A stretch of DNA of 32,000 bases from Candidatus Electrothrix yaqonensis. GTDB lineage: Bacteria > Desulfobacterota > Desulfobulbia > Desulfobulbales > Desulfobulbaceae. Where the stretch lies: positions 2,370,001 through 2,402,000 of the forward strand of contig CP178758.1 in assembly GCA_047651235.1 (NCBI GenBank), in the 5' to 3' direction. The stretch's first letter is position 1; every line of letters begins with the position of its first letter. This document shows, piece after piece, positions 1-7,886 of the stretch. The position numbers and the translations under genes were made by a program. A model generated the notes under the pieces. It made no database searches. It was not told where the DNA came from and saw only the letters and a list, made by a program, of their open reading frames with translations.

Positions 1-139
1 GAATTTTATAAGATTACAAAATGTTCATTCTGGAGTCAAATAAAAAACGACTTTGGTCGATTTTCTGTTTTTCCTGGGCAATATTCTGGAAGGAAAGGTA
101 AACAGCAGGATACGAAAAGATCAGGAAAGAAAGGAGAAA

Positions 140-166
140 GGAATGATAAGTGATTCTGATCATTCC
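140..166 (-). terminator. Candidate rho-independent terminator downstream of the CooC-like gene
   Basis: An 8-bp inverted repeat, GGAATGAT (140-147) and ATCATTCC (159-166), has an 11-nt loop. On the minus strand it is followed by a T/C-rich run (TTTCTCCTTTCTTTCC). It lies about 93 nt after the stop at 259. The T-tract is interrupted, so the call is weak. Confidence 0.3.
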
Positions 167-258
167 TCCTCTATTCTGTCGTTGCGGTGAACAGGTTGCG
201 ACCGGAATATACTCATGTCGCGTCCCGGAGCAAACAGGAGAAAGTTTGTTCGGCGGGT

Positions 259-1020
259 TTATTCCGTCCCTGTCAGCAGGGTGTTCAGCAGCTGCTCCGG
301 CGCATTATTCAAATTTTCCTGCACCGTAATAATTGTCTGCTCCGCCCGTTCTGCCCGGCGCACCGCAGCAGAATCCGGGAAAAAAGCCACCGGACGCTCG
401 CCCAGTTCCTGTTCAAGAAACTCCTGATCTTCCGCATTCTGAACCAGGTTGCCGACAAAATAAATGCGGGGAATCCGAACATCCTCGGCCATTTTCCTGA
501 TTTTCAGGGCGGTCCGGATACCTGAGCGGGAGGGGATCACCACGATCAGCAGACAGTCAACCCCGGCCACTGTGCCCCGGCCCAGATGCTCCACCCCGGC
601 CTCCATATCCACCAGCACGGTTTCACCTGCGGTGAGCAGCATTTTTTTGAGCATCTTGCGTAGAACATGATTTTCCGGACAGGCGCAGCCGCCTTCGGCT
701 GTCTGCACAGCCCCCAGAATCATGAGCCGGATACCGTCCTGTTCCAGCGTAAAATCCCGCAGCAGGTCATTGACCTCCGGGTTGAGGTTGTAGAACGGTG
801 ACCCCTGAGTTTTCCCGGCCCGTTCAGCCAGCAGTCTCCCCATTTCGGCAATGGGCCTGACCTTTTTCGCCGCAGTAATCCCCAGGGTTTCCGCCATGTG
901 CGGACTGGGATCGGCATCAATCACCAGGACTTTCCTGGCCTGTTTCTGCAGCTCCCCGGCCAGCAGGGCCATGATGGTTGTTTTTCCGACGCCGCCCTTG
1001 CCGCTGATTGCTATTTTCAT
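259..1020 (-). CDS. cooC: CooC/AcsF-type P-loop ATPase (Ni-insertion accessory protein family, MinD/ParA class)
   Basis: The N-terminal deviant Walker A is MKIAISGKGGVGKTT. An internal GGCACPEN contains the CXC metal-binding motif typical of CooC. The length is 253 aa. An AGGAGAAG Shine-Dalgarno sequence lies just upstream of the ATG at 1020. Confidence 0.8.
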   Translation of the reverse strand: MKIAISGKGGVGKTTIMALLAGELQKQARKVLVIDADPSPHMAETLGITAAKKVRPIAEMGRLLAERAGKTQGSPFYNLNPEVNDLLRDFTLEQDGIRLMILGAVQTAEGGCACPENHVLRKMLKKMLLTAGETVLVDMEAGVEHLGRGTVAGVDCLLIVVIPSRSGIRTALKIRKMAEDVRIPRIYFVGNLVQNAEDQEFLEQELGERPVAFFPDSAAVRRAERAEQTIITVQENLNNAPEQLLNTLLTGTE

Positions 1021-1159
1021 GGCATCTTCTCCTGAATTTCTTGCCTTGTTCCGGCAGAGTGGTTACAGTATTCAAAGATGGCTGGAGTGCCACGGGCGTG
1101 TCATATCTTCACGTCAAGCGGGCAATTCCGTAAATTCTATCAGGAGGAGACTATACAAT

Positions 1160-1873
1160 ATGCAGACAAACTATGCGAGCACTACTGCTGTTGATGCCAG
1201 AGCGCGGCAGGAGGCTTCAACGATTTTTCTGGCCAAGGTGTTTAACTGGATGGCTGTCGGGCTGGGGCTGACCGGGGCTGTTGCCTGGCTGACCGCAAAT
1301 ACCAGTCTGGCATCTGCCATTGCAAGTAGCGGGCTGTATTGGATACTGTTTCTTGTTGAAATAGGAATGGTTTTCTATCTGTCCGCCCGCATCGACAAGA
1401 TGGCACCGAGCACAGCTACCGGACTGTTTTTCGGCTATGCTTTTCTCAATGGCCTGACGCTGTCGATTATTTTTCTGATCTACACCAAAGAATCCATTGC
1501 CGGAACCTTCCTGGTTACTGCTGCGATGTTCGGGGGCATGTCGGTATACGGCATGGTGACCAAACGGGATCTCTCCGGTTTTGGCTCCTTTCTGTTTATG
1601 GGGCTGATCGGCATTATCCTTGCTTCGATCATCAACATCTTCATGCAGAGTTCAACCCTGTACTGGGCGATTTCCTTTATCGGGGTGGGAGTTTTTGTCG
1701 GCCTGACCGCCTATGATGTGCAGAAGATTAAAATGATGGGCGAGCAGGGAATTATGAGTCAGGGAGAAGGTGCTGTTCAGAAAGGAGCAATTATGGGTGC
1801 CTTGGCCCTGTACCTGGATTTCATCAACCTGTTTCTCATGCTGCTACGGTTCTTCGGCGGCGGGCGTGACTGA
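1160..1873 (+). CDS. Bax inhibitor-1/YccA family inner-membrane protein
   Basis: The 340-aa ORF (851-1873) overlaps cooC antisense. An in-frame ATG at 1160 is preceded by AGGAGGA (1143-1149). From that ATG the product (MQTNYAS...FLAKVFNWMAVGLGLTGAVAW...) is a polytopic membrane protein of about 237 aa with the BI-1/YccA N-terminal signature and a charged C-terminus. Confidence 0.85.
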   Translation: MQTNYASTTAVDARARQEASTIFLAKVFNWMAVGLGLTGAVAWLTANTSLASAIASSGLYWILFLVEIGMVFYLSARIDKMAPSTATGLFFGYAFLNGLTLSIIFLIYTKESIAGTFLVTAAMFGGMSVYGMVTKRDLSGFGSFLFMGLIGIILASIINIFMQSSTLYWAISFIGVGVFVGLTAYDVQKIKMMGEQGIMSQGEGAVQKGAIMGALALYLDFINLFLMLLRFFGGGRD

Positions 1874-2116
1874 CCGGAGAGAAAGCCTTTTGAGCGCAAA
1901 CGCCCGGAGTGCTGCTCCGGGCTGCCTCCACATGTCGCAGCATTTAACATTTAAGAAGCTGTTTTAAAAACCTCGCCGGAACTGCGGCCCCTCGCGGGAT
2001 GTTTCTCGGCGGGTATTTCTGCAGATTGTTGATTTCAGATGGGATCATCCGCTTCAGAAGCTGTTTGAAAAACATGCTTCTAACCTTTGTGCTGTTCTGC
2101 CTGCCCTGTAGACCTC

Positions 2117-5100
2117 TCATCGTCTTCCGCTCTCTGCCCAGTCCCGTGTCTCCCAGAGCGGGCAGTGCATGCGGATGCATTCCCGATTCGTCTGATACTG
2201 TGAACAGCGGACAGCTCTGTTCGCCGGAAGTTCGATACCGAAAAACTCTCCGGAAAGTCGGGCGACCTGAGTCAGGGCCAGCCAGGCTTCCCGCTGGCAG
2301 CAGCGGGCCCCGTTTATCCGGGCAATTTCCGTCATGATCCGGGCTGTAAACACCAAGGACTTCTGTCGGGCATCCGGGGCCAGAGGAGTACCCTCCAGGA
2401 TAAGGGAAGCGGCAATGCCTGCGCCGACAGCTGCGCCGCAGGTTCCCCAGAAGCCGCAGGCCCCGCCGGGTACGTTGCTGCCCCGGTCGATGCCGGTGGC
2501 GACCACATCACGGGATATTCTACCGCCGTTATTGCGGTAGGCCGTCAGAATAATACCGGGAACCATGCTGTGATGCTCCGGCCCGTGCATGGGCACAGCC
2601 GGATGACTGCGGATCAGGCTGAACAGACCGAGCAGGTCTTTTTCTTCGCTGTTCAGACAGATATTGCGGATAACGTCAATCCCTCCCTGCTGATGACAGG
2701 CATCACAGATAAAATGCCCGTTCACGCAGAAACAGCCTGTCATCCTGCTGCAGTCGCAGAAATGACAGCTTTTTTCCTCCTCCCGGTCACTCAGGTACTC
2801 CAGCTCGCCGCCGCAGACCATACAGTCGCTTAAATGACGGCTCAGCAGATTAACTGGGATAAGCGGGGCAATAGGCGGGGCAGAAACCTTTTTTTCCTGC
2901 GGCTTTGTTTCCGGGGCAGCACAGCAGCAGGAATCCTGTTCCACATTGAGGACTGTACCGGCATCATCAAGAACAAAGATCTGATCTCCCAGTGCCGCTG
3001 CTATTTCCGCAGGAAGCTCAACAGTACGGCCCCGTTCCAGCCGCTCACCAGAGGCGGTTTCCAGGATCGGTGACGGCCCCCGGTAGATGCAGCGCACCGG
3101 CTGTTTTTTTTCATAGTCATCGATCACTGCCGCTTTGCCAGCTTCATAGGTCAGAGAATAAAAACGGCTGCCGTCAAGCTCCCGGTACGGCGCGCGTTTA
3201 TGGAGAAAGACAGAGGAAAAACCGCAGTCTTCCAGCATGACGATCAGGTCGTCCTGCTGCATGGCCCCGCCCAGACACTCGCCCCGATACCTCCTGCTAT
3301 TTCTGACTGCTGCGGAAACCGGTCCGTCCGTGACCACATCCGCAACCACCAGACGGCCTCCGGGCTTGAGGACCCGCAGGATTTCCAGATAGGTTCTGCG
3401 CTTGTCCGGGCTGAGGTTAATGACGCAGTTGGAAATGACTACATCCGCTGCGGCATCATTCAGGGGGATTTCTTCCAGATAGCCTTTGTGGAACTCGATA
3501 TTATCGAATCCCAAATCCTTCACTACATCCCGTTTCGATTTGCGGGCAAGGTCCAGCATGGCATCGGTCATGTCAATGCCGTAGACCCGTCCGGTCGGCC
3601 CCACTGCAGCAGCAGCCAGAAAGCACTCCACCCCGCTGCCTGAACCGAGGTCCACCACGGTCTCTCCGTTCTGCGGCGCAGCATCTTTCACCGGACTGCC
3701 GCAGCCGTATGATTTCTGTTTTGCCTCTTCCGGGATATAATGCGCCGTATCAGCAGCAGGGGCAAAGGGATTGATGATTTCTTCATTGGCGCTGCGCGCT
3801 GCAGCACTGTAGAACTCCCGCACTGAAGCATGTCCGTCATGATCGGCCAGGGAGAGCAGGCAGTTGCAATGAGTCAGCCCGACCGAGCCGTCGGAGCCGT
3901 TTTCCGTGTCCGGGCAGTCATGGCGCACATCGCCCATGCGCAGGCGGAACAGGCCCTGATCCGGAGACTGCGTTGCCTGCTCAACAAGGAGCTGCAGGGC
4001 AAGCTGCTCATACAGAGCAAGATACGGATCATGCCCGGTCAGGCTGTGCCCTGTTGTCCAGGAATGATCCGGATCGCCGCCGCCAGTAATCAACGACAGG
4101 GGGCGCTGGTCCCAGCCCTGCACATCTTTCAGGCTGGCGGAACGGATATTTTTCAGGGTGACGTTGTTCTGCCAAACCTCGTCCAGCCCCTGTTCCAGAC
4201 TGCCGCAGACCAGTTCTTCACTGCCGATCAGGGCCGGGGAAGGATAAATTTTTCCATCAGGGCCGACAGCAAGGGATTCCCAGCCCATATTGCTCAGATC
4301 AAACCGGGTTCCGGGCACGGCAAAGACCTGGGCCTTCATGGCCTCCAGATTATCCATTTGCAGACTCAGCTCCCGGCACACCTCTGCTGTCCGAAGAATG
4401 CCGGTAAAAAGACGGAGAACCGGGACAAACTGCTCTGCCGTCCCTTTTCCCCGGATAAAATGATAGAGCAGATGTAGCCCGCCTGCTCCCAGAGCATGGG
4501 CCTGCCGGGCAGTCTCCTCCAGCCTGCTGATATTCTCTCTGTTGACAGCCACTGACACGGTGAACTGCAGGCCTTCCTGTGCCGCTGCCTGAAGATTTTC
4601 GCACAGTTTTCTGTAGGAACCCTGTCCCCGGAGGGCATCGTGCTCTTTCTCCGGCCCGTCCAGACTGACCTGCAGGTGCAGCCGTTCCGTATCCAACCGT
4701 AGCAGCTCGTGCATCTGCTCCTGCAGGAGCAGACCGTTGGTCAGCACGGCCACATGATGGGCCGGATTCTGTTCCAGGATATATTGCATGATCCGGCAGA
4801 AATCAGGATAAACAAAGGGCTCGCCGCCGGTAAACGAAAAAAGACGGCTGCCCAGCGCCGCTGCCTGATCAATAGCAGCATAGAGCTGCTGCGGTTCCAG
4901 TGCGTTTTTTTGTGCCGGAGAGGAAGAAAAAAGGCAATGCCTGCAGGCGAGATTACAGGTGTCGGTCAGGTGAAACCAAATTTCCTTCAACGGGCCGGGG
5001 CGCAGATAATGCGCGCGTCCGAGATACGGCGCTGGTTCTTCGCGGTAAAGGAGATGCTGCAGCCGCCGGAGGTCACGCCAGACCCGGTCCGGTTCTTCCT

Positions 5101-5284
5101 GTGCCTGACAGCAGAAATCCGCCACTGCAGCCGCCTGATCATTATGTTGCCGGCAGGCCCTGAGCAGCTGGTCAGTCCGGGAAGAGGGAACAAACCAGTC
5201 AGGTCGTGCCTGATCAACATAAACCGGCAGTCCGGCGTGTTCCAGCCGGTGCAGGCGGGTGAGCCATCGCATGGAGGTGTTCAT
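2117..5284 (-). CDS. Three-module fusion protein: radical SAM domain with a Cys-depleted SPASM-like region, an ArsM/AS3MT-like SAM methyltransferase module, and a Cys/His-rich DUF5714-like C-terminal domain
   Basis: Residues about 95-440 carry HLTDTCNLACRHCLF (CX3CX2C at C110/C114/C117) and FTGGEPF. Residues about 485-790 align by eye along the whole of AS3MT/ArsM: VREFYS...SYGCGSP...VVDLGSGSGVECF...GRVYGIDMT...VVISNCVINLSPDK...LKPGGRLVVADV...RGECLGGA...RFYSLTYEA...VRCIYRG, followed by a CCC tail. Residues about 815-1045 carry CMVCGG..CHFCDC..CFCVNGHFICDACH..MHGPEHH..VPGGACGFWGTCGAAVGAG..RCCQRE..ECIRMHCP, which I recognise as the DUF5714 pattern. The whole is a single uninterrupted 1055-aa ORF. 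Confidence 0.85.
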   Translation of the reverse strand: MNTSMRWLTRLHRLEHAGLPVYVDQARPDWFVPSSRTDQLLRACRQHNDQAAAVADFCCQAQEEPDRVWRDLRRLQHLLYREEPAPYLGRAHYLRPGPLKEIWFHLTDTCNLACRHCLFSSSPAQKNALEPQQLYAAIDQAAALGSRLFSFTGGEPFVYPDFCRIMQYILEQNPAHHVAVLTNGLLLQEQMHELLRLDTERLHLQVSLDGPEKEHDALRGQGSYRKLCENLQAAAQEGLQFTVSVAVNRENISRLEETARQAHALGAGGLHLLYHFIRGKGTAEQFVPVLRLFTGILRTAEVCRELSLQMDNLEAMKAQVFAVPGTRFDLSNMGWESLAVGPDGKIYPSPALIGSEELVCGSLEQGLDEVWQNNVTLKNIRSASLKDVQGWDQRPLSLITGGGDPDHSWTTGHSLTGHDPYLALYEQLALQLLVEQATQSPDQGLFRLRMGDVRHDCPDTENGSDGSVGLTHCNCLLSLADHDGHASVREFYSAAARSANEEIINPFAPAADTAHYIPEEAKQKSYGCGSPVKDAAPQNGETVVDLGSGSGVECFLAAAAVGPTGRVYGIDMTDAMLDLARKSKRDVVKDLGFDNIEFHKGYLEEIPLNDAAADVVISNCVINLSPDKRRTYLEILRVLKPGGRLVVADVVTDGPVSAAVRNSRRYRGECLGGAMQQDDLIVMLEDCGFSSVFLHKRAPYRELDGSRFYSLTYEAGKAAVIDDYEKKQPVRCIYRGPSPILETASGERLERGRTVELPAEIAAALGDQIFVLDDAGTVLNVEQDSCCCAAPETKPQEKKVSAPPIAPLIPVNLLSRHLSDCMVCGGELEYLSDREEEKSCHFCDCSRMTGCFCVNGHFICDACHQQGGIDVIRNICLNSEEKDLLGLFSLIRSHPAVPMHGPEHHSMVPGIILTAYRNNGGRISRDVVATGIDRGSNVPGGACGFWGTCGAAVGAGIAASLILEGTPLAPDARQKSLVFTARIMTEIARINGARCCQREAWLALTQVARLSGEFFGIELPANRAVRCSQYQTNRECIRMHCPLWETRDWAESGRR

Positions 5285-5548
5285 AAACAGCCTGTTGTTA
5301 GCGAAATATTAAGGTGCGGTGCAGCTACTCTCAGCCTTTGCCGAACTGACAGAGCTGCGTATTTATTTCAGTATTTATTCTATAATCATGTCCGTATTGT
5401 ACGGGTTTTGTCCAGCTGCCCGCAACTCTATTTCCTGAATTCGTATAGTACGACTTGTTCCTATATAATTTTGCAGGCCCATTTTCGTTTTTTAAGTGGT
5501 TGTTATTGGGAGCTTGGAAGCTATTTAGGAACAACTATAGTAAAAAAG

Positions 5549-5689
5549 ATGTCGTGTACCGAGGAACAGCAACATCTGACAGAACAAGCAATCATGCGAG
5601 TAGCCAACCCAATATACGACGTTGTTTTCAAATTCCTGATGGGCGACATGCGCATTACCAAACTCTATGCTGACAGCTTCGGCGGCTGA
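5549..5689 (+). pseudogene. Possible 46-codon remnant of a PD-(D/E)XK-nuclease-family (transposase-like) gene N-terminus
   Basis: The short ORF MSCTEEQQHLTEQAIMRVANPIYDVVFKFLMGDMRITKLYADSFGG* contains ANPIYDVVFKFLM-D-RI. From memory this resembles the conserved N-terminus (ANPIYDxxFKYLMED-R-AK) of a widespread PD-(D/E)XK family. It ends after about 30 residues of similarity, has no clear RBS and sits in an AT-rich intergenic region. Confidence 0.25.
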
Positions 5690-5792
5690 TTTTTTTCGAT
5701 TTTTTTTCGGAAGGTATCTTTCGGGGGAGCAGCGGGCGGTCTGTAGAACTGGCCGCATTATTTTACAGATCAGATTGATCCTATCCTCAAAC

Positions 5793-5830
5793 AAAAACGG
5801 CAGCCTGACTTTGGTCGGGCTGCCGTTTTT
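5793..5830 (-). terminator. Rho-independent terminator after the symporter operon (bidirectional architecture)
   Basis: A 10-bp perfect stem, AACGGCAGCC (5796-5805) and GGCTGCCGTT (5818-5827), is flanked by an A-run on one side and a T-run on the other. It lies 35 nt downstream of the symporter stop at 5863. Confidence 0.8.
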
Positions 5831-5862
5831 GTCTCTCTTCTTAGAAGAAAACGAAACAGATT

Positions 5863-7617
5863 TTACCGCTTGACGATACCGGGCACTCGGATGTCTTCAA
5901 CCAGATGCTGAATATGCTCAGGCGGCTCCGGAGTAATGCGGGAGACCAGATACGCAACGGCAAAGTTCACCACCGCACCGACTGCACCGAAGGCTTCCGG
6001 TGAAATTTCGAGGAACCAGTTTTCAGCAATATTTTCAGCCATTGCAGTTCCAGGGATAAAGAACCAGCCTTTGAACCAGAAAATATAGACTAGGGTGATG
6101 CCCAGACCGGACAGCATTCCGCAGACTGCGCCGATGTTGTTGACCCGCTTGACAAAGATCCCCATCATCAGAGCCGGGAAAATAGAGGAAGCAGCCAGGC
6201 CGAAGGCCAGAGCCACAACCTGAGCGGCAAATCCCGGAGGATTGAGGCCGAAATATCCGGCCACGGCAATGGCACCGGCCATGGCAATCCGACCGGCCAG
6301 CAGCTCGGACTTATCGCTCATATCTTTCATGACAATGCCCTTGAGCAGATCATGGGAGATGGAGGAAGAAATGGCAAGGAGCAGGCCCGCAGCCGTAGAC
6401 AGGGCTGCGGCAATACCACCGGCAGCTACCAGGGCGATAACCCAGTTGGGCAGTTTGGCGATCTCCGGGTTGGCCAGAACCATAATATCCCGGTCTACTT
6501 TGACCATTTCATTTTCCGCACCGGCATAGTTAGGGCCGACATACTGAATTCTGCCGTCGCCGTTTTTGTCCTCATGTTGCAGCAGACCGGTTTTTTCCCA
6601 GTTCTTGAACCATTGCGGACGATCCTCATATTTGATCCACTCTCTCTCGTTCTGCTGGGCAGCCTGAGCTGTTTTGGTGGGACGAATAGTTTCCATCAGG
6701 TTCAGTCGCGCCATAGCACCGACCGCAGGAGCCGTGGTGTAGAGGATGGCGATAAAGACCAGCGACCAGCCCACGGAAGAGCGGGCATCCTTTACCTTGG
6801 GCACCGTAAAAAAACGGGTGATAACGTGGGGAAGACCGGCTGTACCGATCATTAAGGTCATGGTGTACAGAAAAATATTCAGAGTGGTGCCCTTCTGCGC
6901 CGTATACTGACCGAAACCGAGATCAACCAGAGTCTTGTCCAGTTTATCCAGCAGGAACATACCAGAGCCGTCGGTCATTTCCGCGCCCAGACCGAGCTGG
7001 GGCAGCGGATTACCGGTGAGCTGCAGCGAGATAAAGACCGCAGGTACGGTATAGGCAAAGATCAGCACGCAGTACTGGGCAATCTGGGTATAGGTAATGC
7101 CCTTCATTCCGCCCATAACCGCATAGACAAAAACAATGACCATGCCTACGCCCAGCCCTACTTCATACTTCAACTCAAGAAAGCGGGAAAAGGCCACGCC
7201 GATACCCTTCATCTGACCGATAACATAGGTCAGCGAGGCCACGATCAGGCAGATGACCGCAACAACACGGGCGATGTTGGAATAATAACGGTCACCGATA
7301 AATTCGGGCACAGTGAACTTTCCGTACTTCCGCAGGTAGGGGGCCAAAAGCATGGCCAACAGGCAGTAACCGCCGGTCCAGCCCATCAGGAACACAGAGG
7401 CGTCATAGCCCCCGAAGGCGATCATCCCGGCCATAGATATAAACGAGGCAGCAGACATCCAGTCAGCACCGGTGGCCATACCGTTGAGCACCGGATGCAC
7501 ACCCTTGCCGGCAACGTAGAACTCACCCGTTGAACCGGCCCGAGCCTTGATGGCAATAAAGATATACAGGGCAAAGGTGGCGCCAACCACCAGGTAGGTC
7601 ATTAATTTTAAGTCCAT
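5863..7617 (-). CDS. Sodium:solute symporter family permease, large subunit (ActP-like, VC_2705-type subfamily)
   Basis: The product is a 584-aa polytopic membrane protein. Its N-terminus, ...GEFYVAGKGVHPVLNGMATGADWMSAASFISMAGMIAFGGYD, is typical of SSF/ActP-like carriers. It lies immediately downstream of a DUF4212 small-subunit gene. Confidence 0.85.
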   Translation of the reverse strand: MDLKLMTYLVVGATFALYIFIAIKARAGSTGEFYVAGKGVHPVLNGMATGADWMSAASFISMAGMIAFGGYDASVFLMGWTGGYCLLAMLLAPYLRKYGKFTVPEFIGDRYYSNIARVVAVICLIVASLTYVIGQMKGIGVAFSRFLELKYEVGLGVGMVIVFVYAVMGGMKGITYTQIAQYCVLIFAYTVPAVFISLQLTGNPLPQLGLGAEMTDGSGMFLLDKLDKTLVDLGFGQYTAQKGTTLNIFLYTMTLMIGTAGLPHVITRFFTVPKVKDARSSVGWSLVFIAILYTTAPAVGAMARLNLMETIRPTKTAQAAQQNEREWIKYEDRPQWFKNWEKTGLLQHEDKNGDGRIQYVGPNYAGAENEMVKVDRDIMVLANPEIAKLPNWVIALVAAGGIAAALSTAAGLLLAISSSISHDLLKGIVMKDMSDKSELLAGRIAMAGAIAVAGYFGLNPPGFAAQVVALAFGLAASSIFPALMMGIFVKRVNNIGAVCGMLSGLGITLVYIFWFKGWFFIPGTAMAENIAENWFLEISPEAFGAVGAVVNFAVAYLVSRITPEPPEHIQHLVEDIRVPGIVKR

Positions 7618-7628
7618 CAGTTCTCTCC

Positions 7629-7886
7629 TCAGTCTTCCTGAACACCGAATTTACGATCCAGCTGATTCATACGCCACGCATAAAAAAAGATGAGTATGAC
7701 AAAGCTGTAGATTGAGCCCTGCTGGGCAAACCAGAAACCGAGCGGATATCCTCCCAGGATATGAATACTGTTCAATACCGGAGCCAGGAGTATCCCGCAA
7801 CCGTAGGACACGATAAACCAGACAATGAGACATCCGATCACCAGACGGATGTTCGCTTTCCAGTATGCCTGCGAATTCTTGTTCAT
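7629..7886 (-). CDS. DUF4212 small membrane subunit of the sodium:solute symporter
   Basis: I start the gene at the internal ATG (MNKNSQAYWKANIRLVIGCLIVWFIVSYG...GFWFAQQGSIYSFVILIFFYAWRMNQLDRKFG), which is preceded by GAGGAGG. The product has two TM helices and its stop lies 11 nt before the large-subunit start. The upstream extension to 7922 is unlikely. Confidence 0.8.
   Translation of the reverse strand: MNKNSQAYWKANIRLVIGCLIVWFIVSYGCGILLAPVLNSIHILGGYPLGFWFAQQGSIYSFVILIFFYAWRMNQLDRKFGVQED

Noticed and set aside
851-1159. The N-terminal 103 codons of the 340-aa ORF (851-1873) would extend the BI-1 gene across cooC.
   Set aside because: This part is antisense to the well-supported cooC gene and has no membrane-protein character. 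A strong RBS plus ATG at 1160 begins the recognisable BI-1 sequence.
3965-5002. The radical-SAM domain of the fusion protein identified as ArsS (arsenosugar synthase) or ArsL.
   Set aside because: The domain resembles generic SPASM-type radical-SAM enzymes rather than the ArsS layout I remember, which has a Cys-rich DUF3641-type C-terminus. Without a profile search an orthology claim would be unsupported, so I keep only the functional analogy.
4709-5689. Long antisense ORFs opposite well-supported genes. These are 4709-5689, 3830-4477, 10821-12032, 12393-13087, 13534-14250, 24764-25696, 25853-27076, 26851-27729, 27578-28400 and 29353-30237.
   Set aside because: Their translations are low-complexity and rich in Arg, Pro, Gln and Ser, with no recognisable motifs. 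Each fully overlaps a gene with strong family signatures on the other strand. They are typical shadow ORFs of moderately GC-rich DNA.
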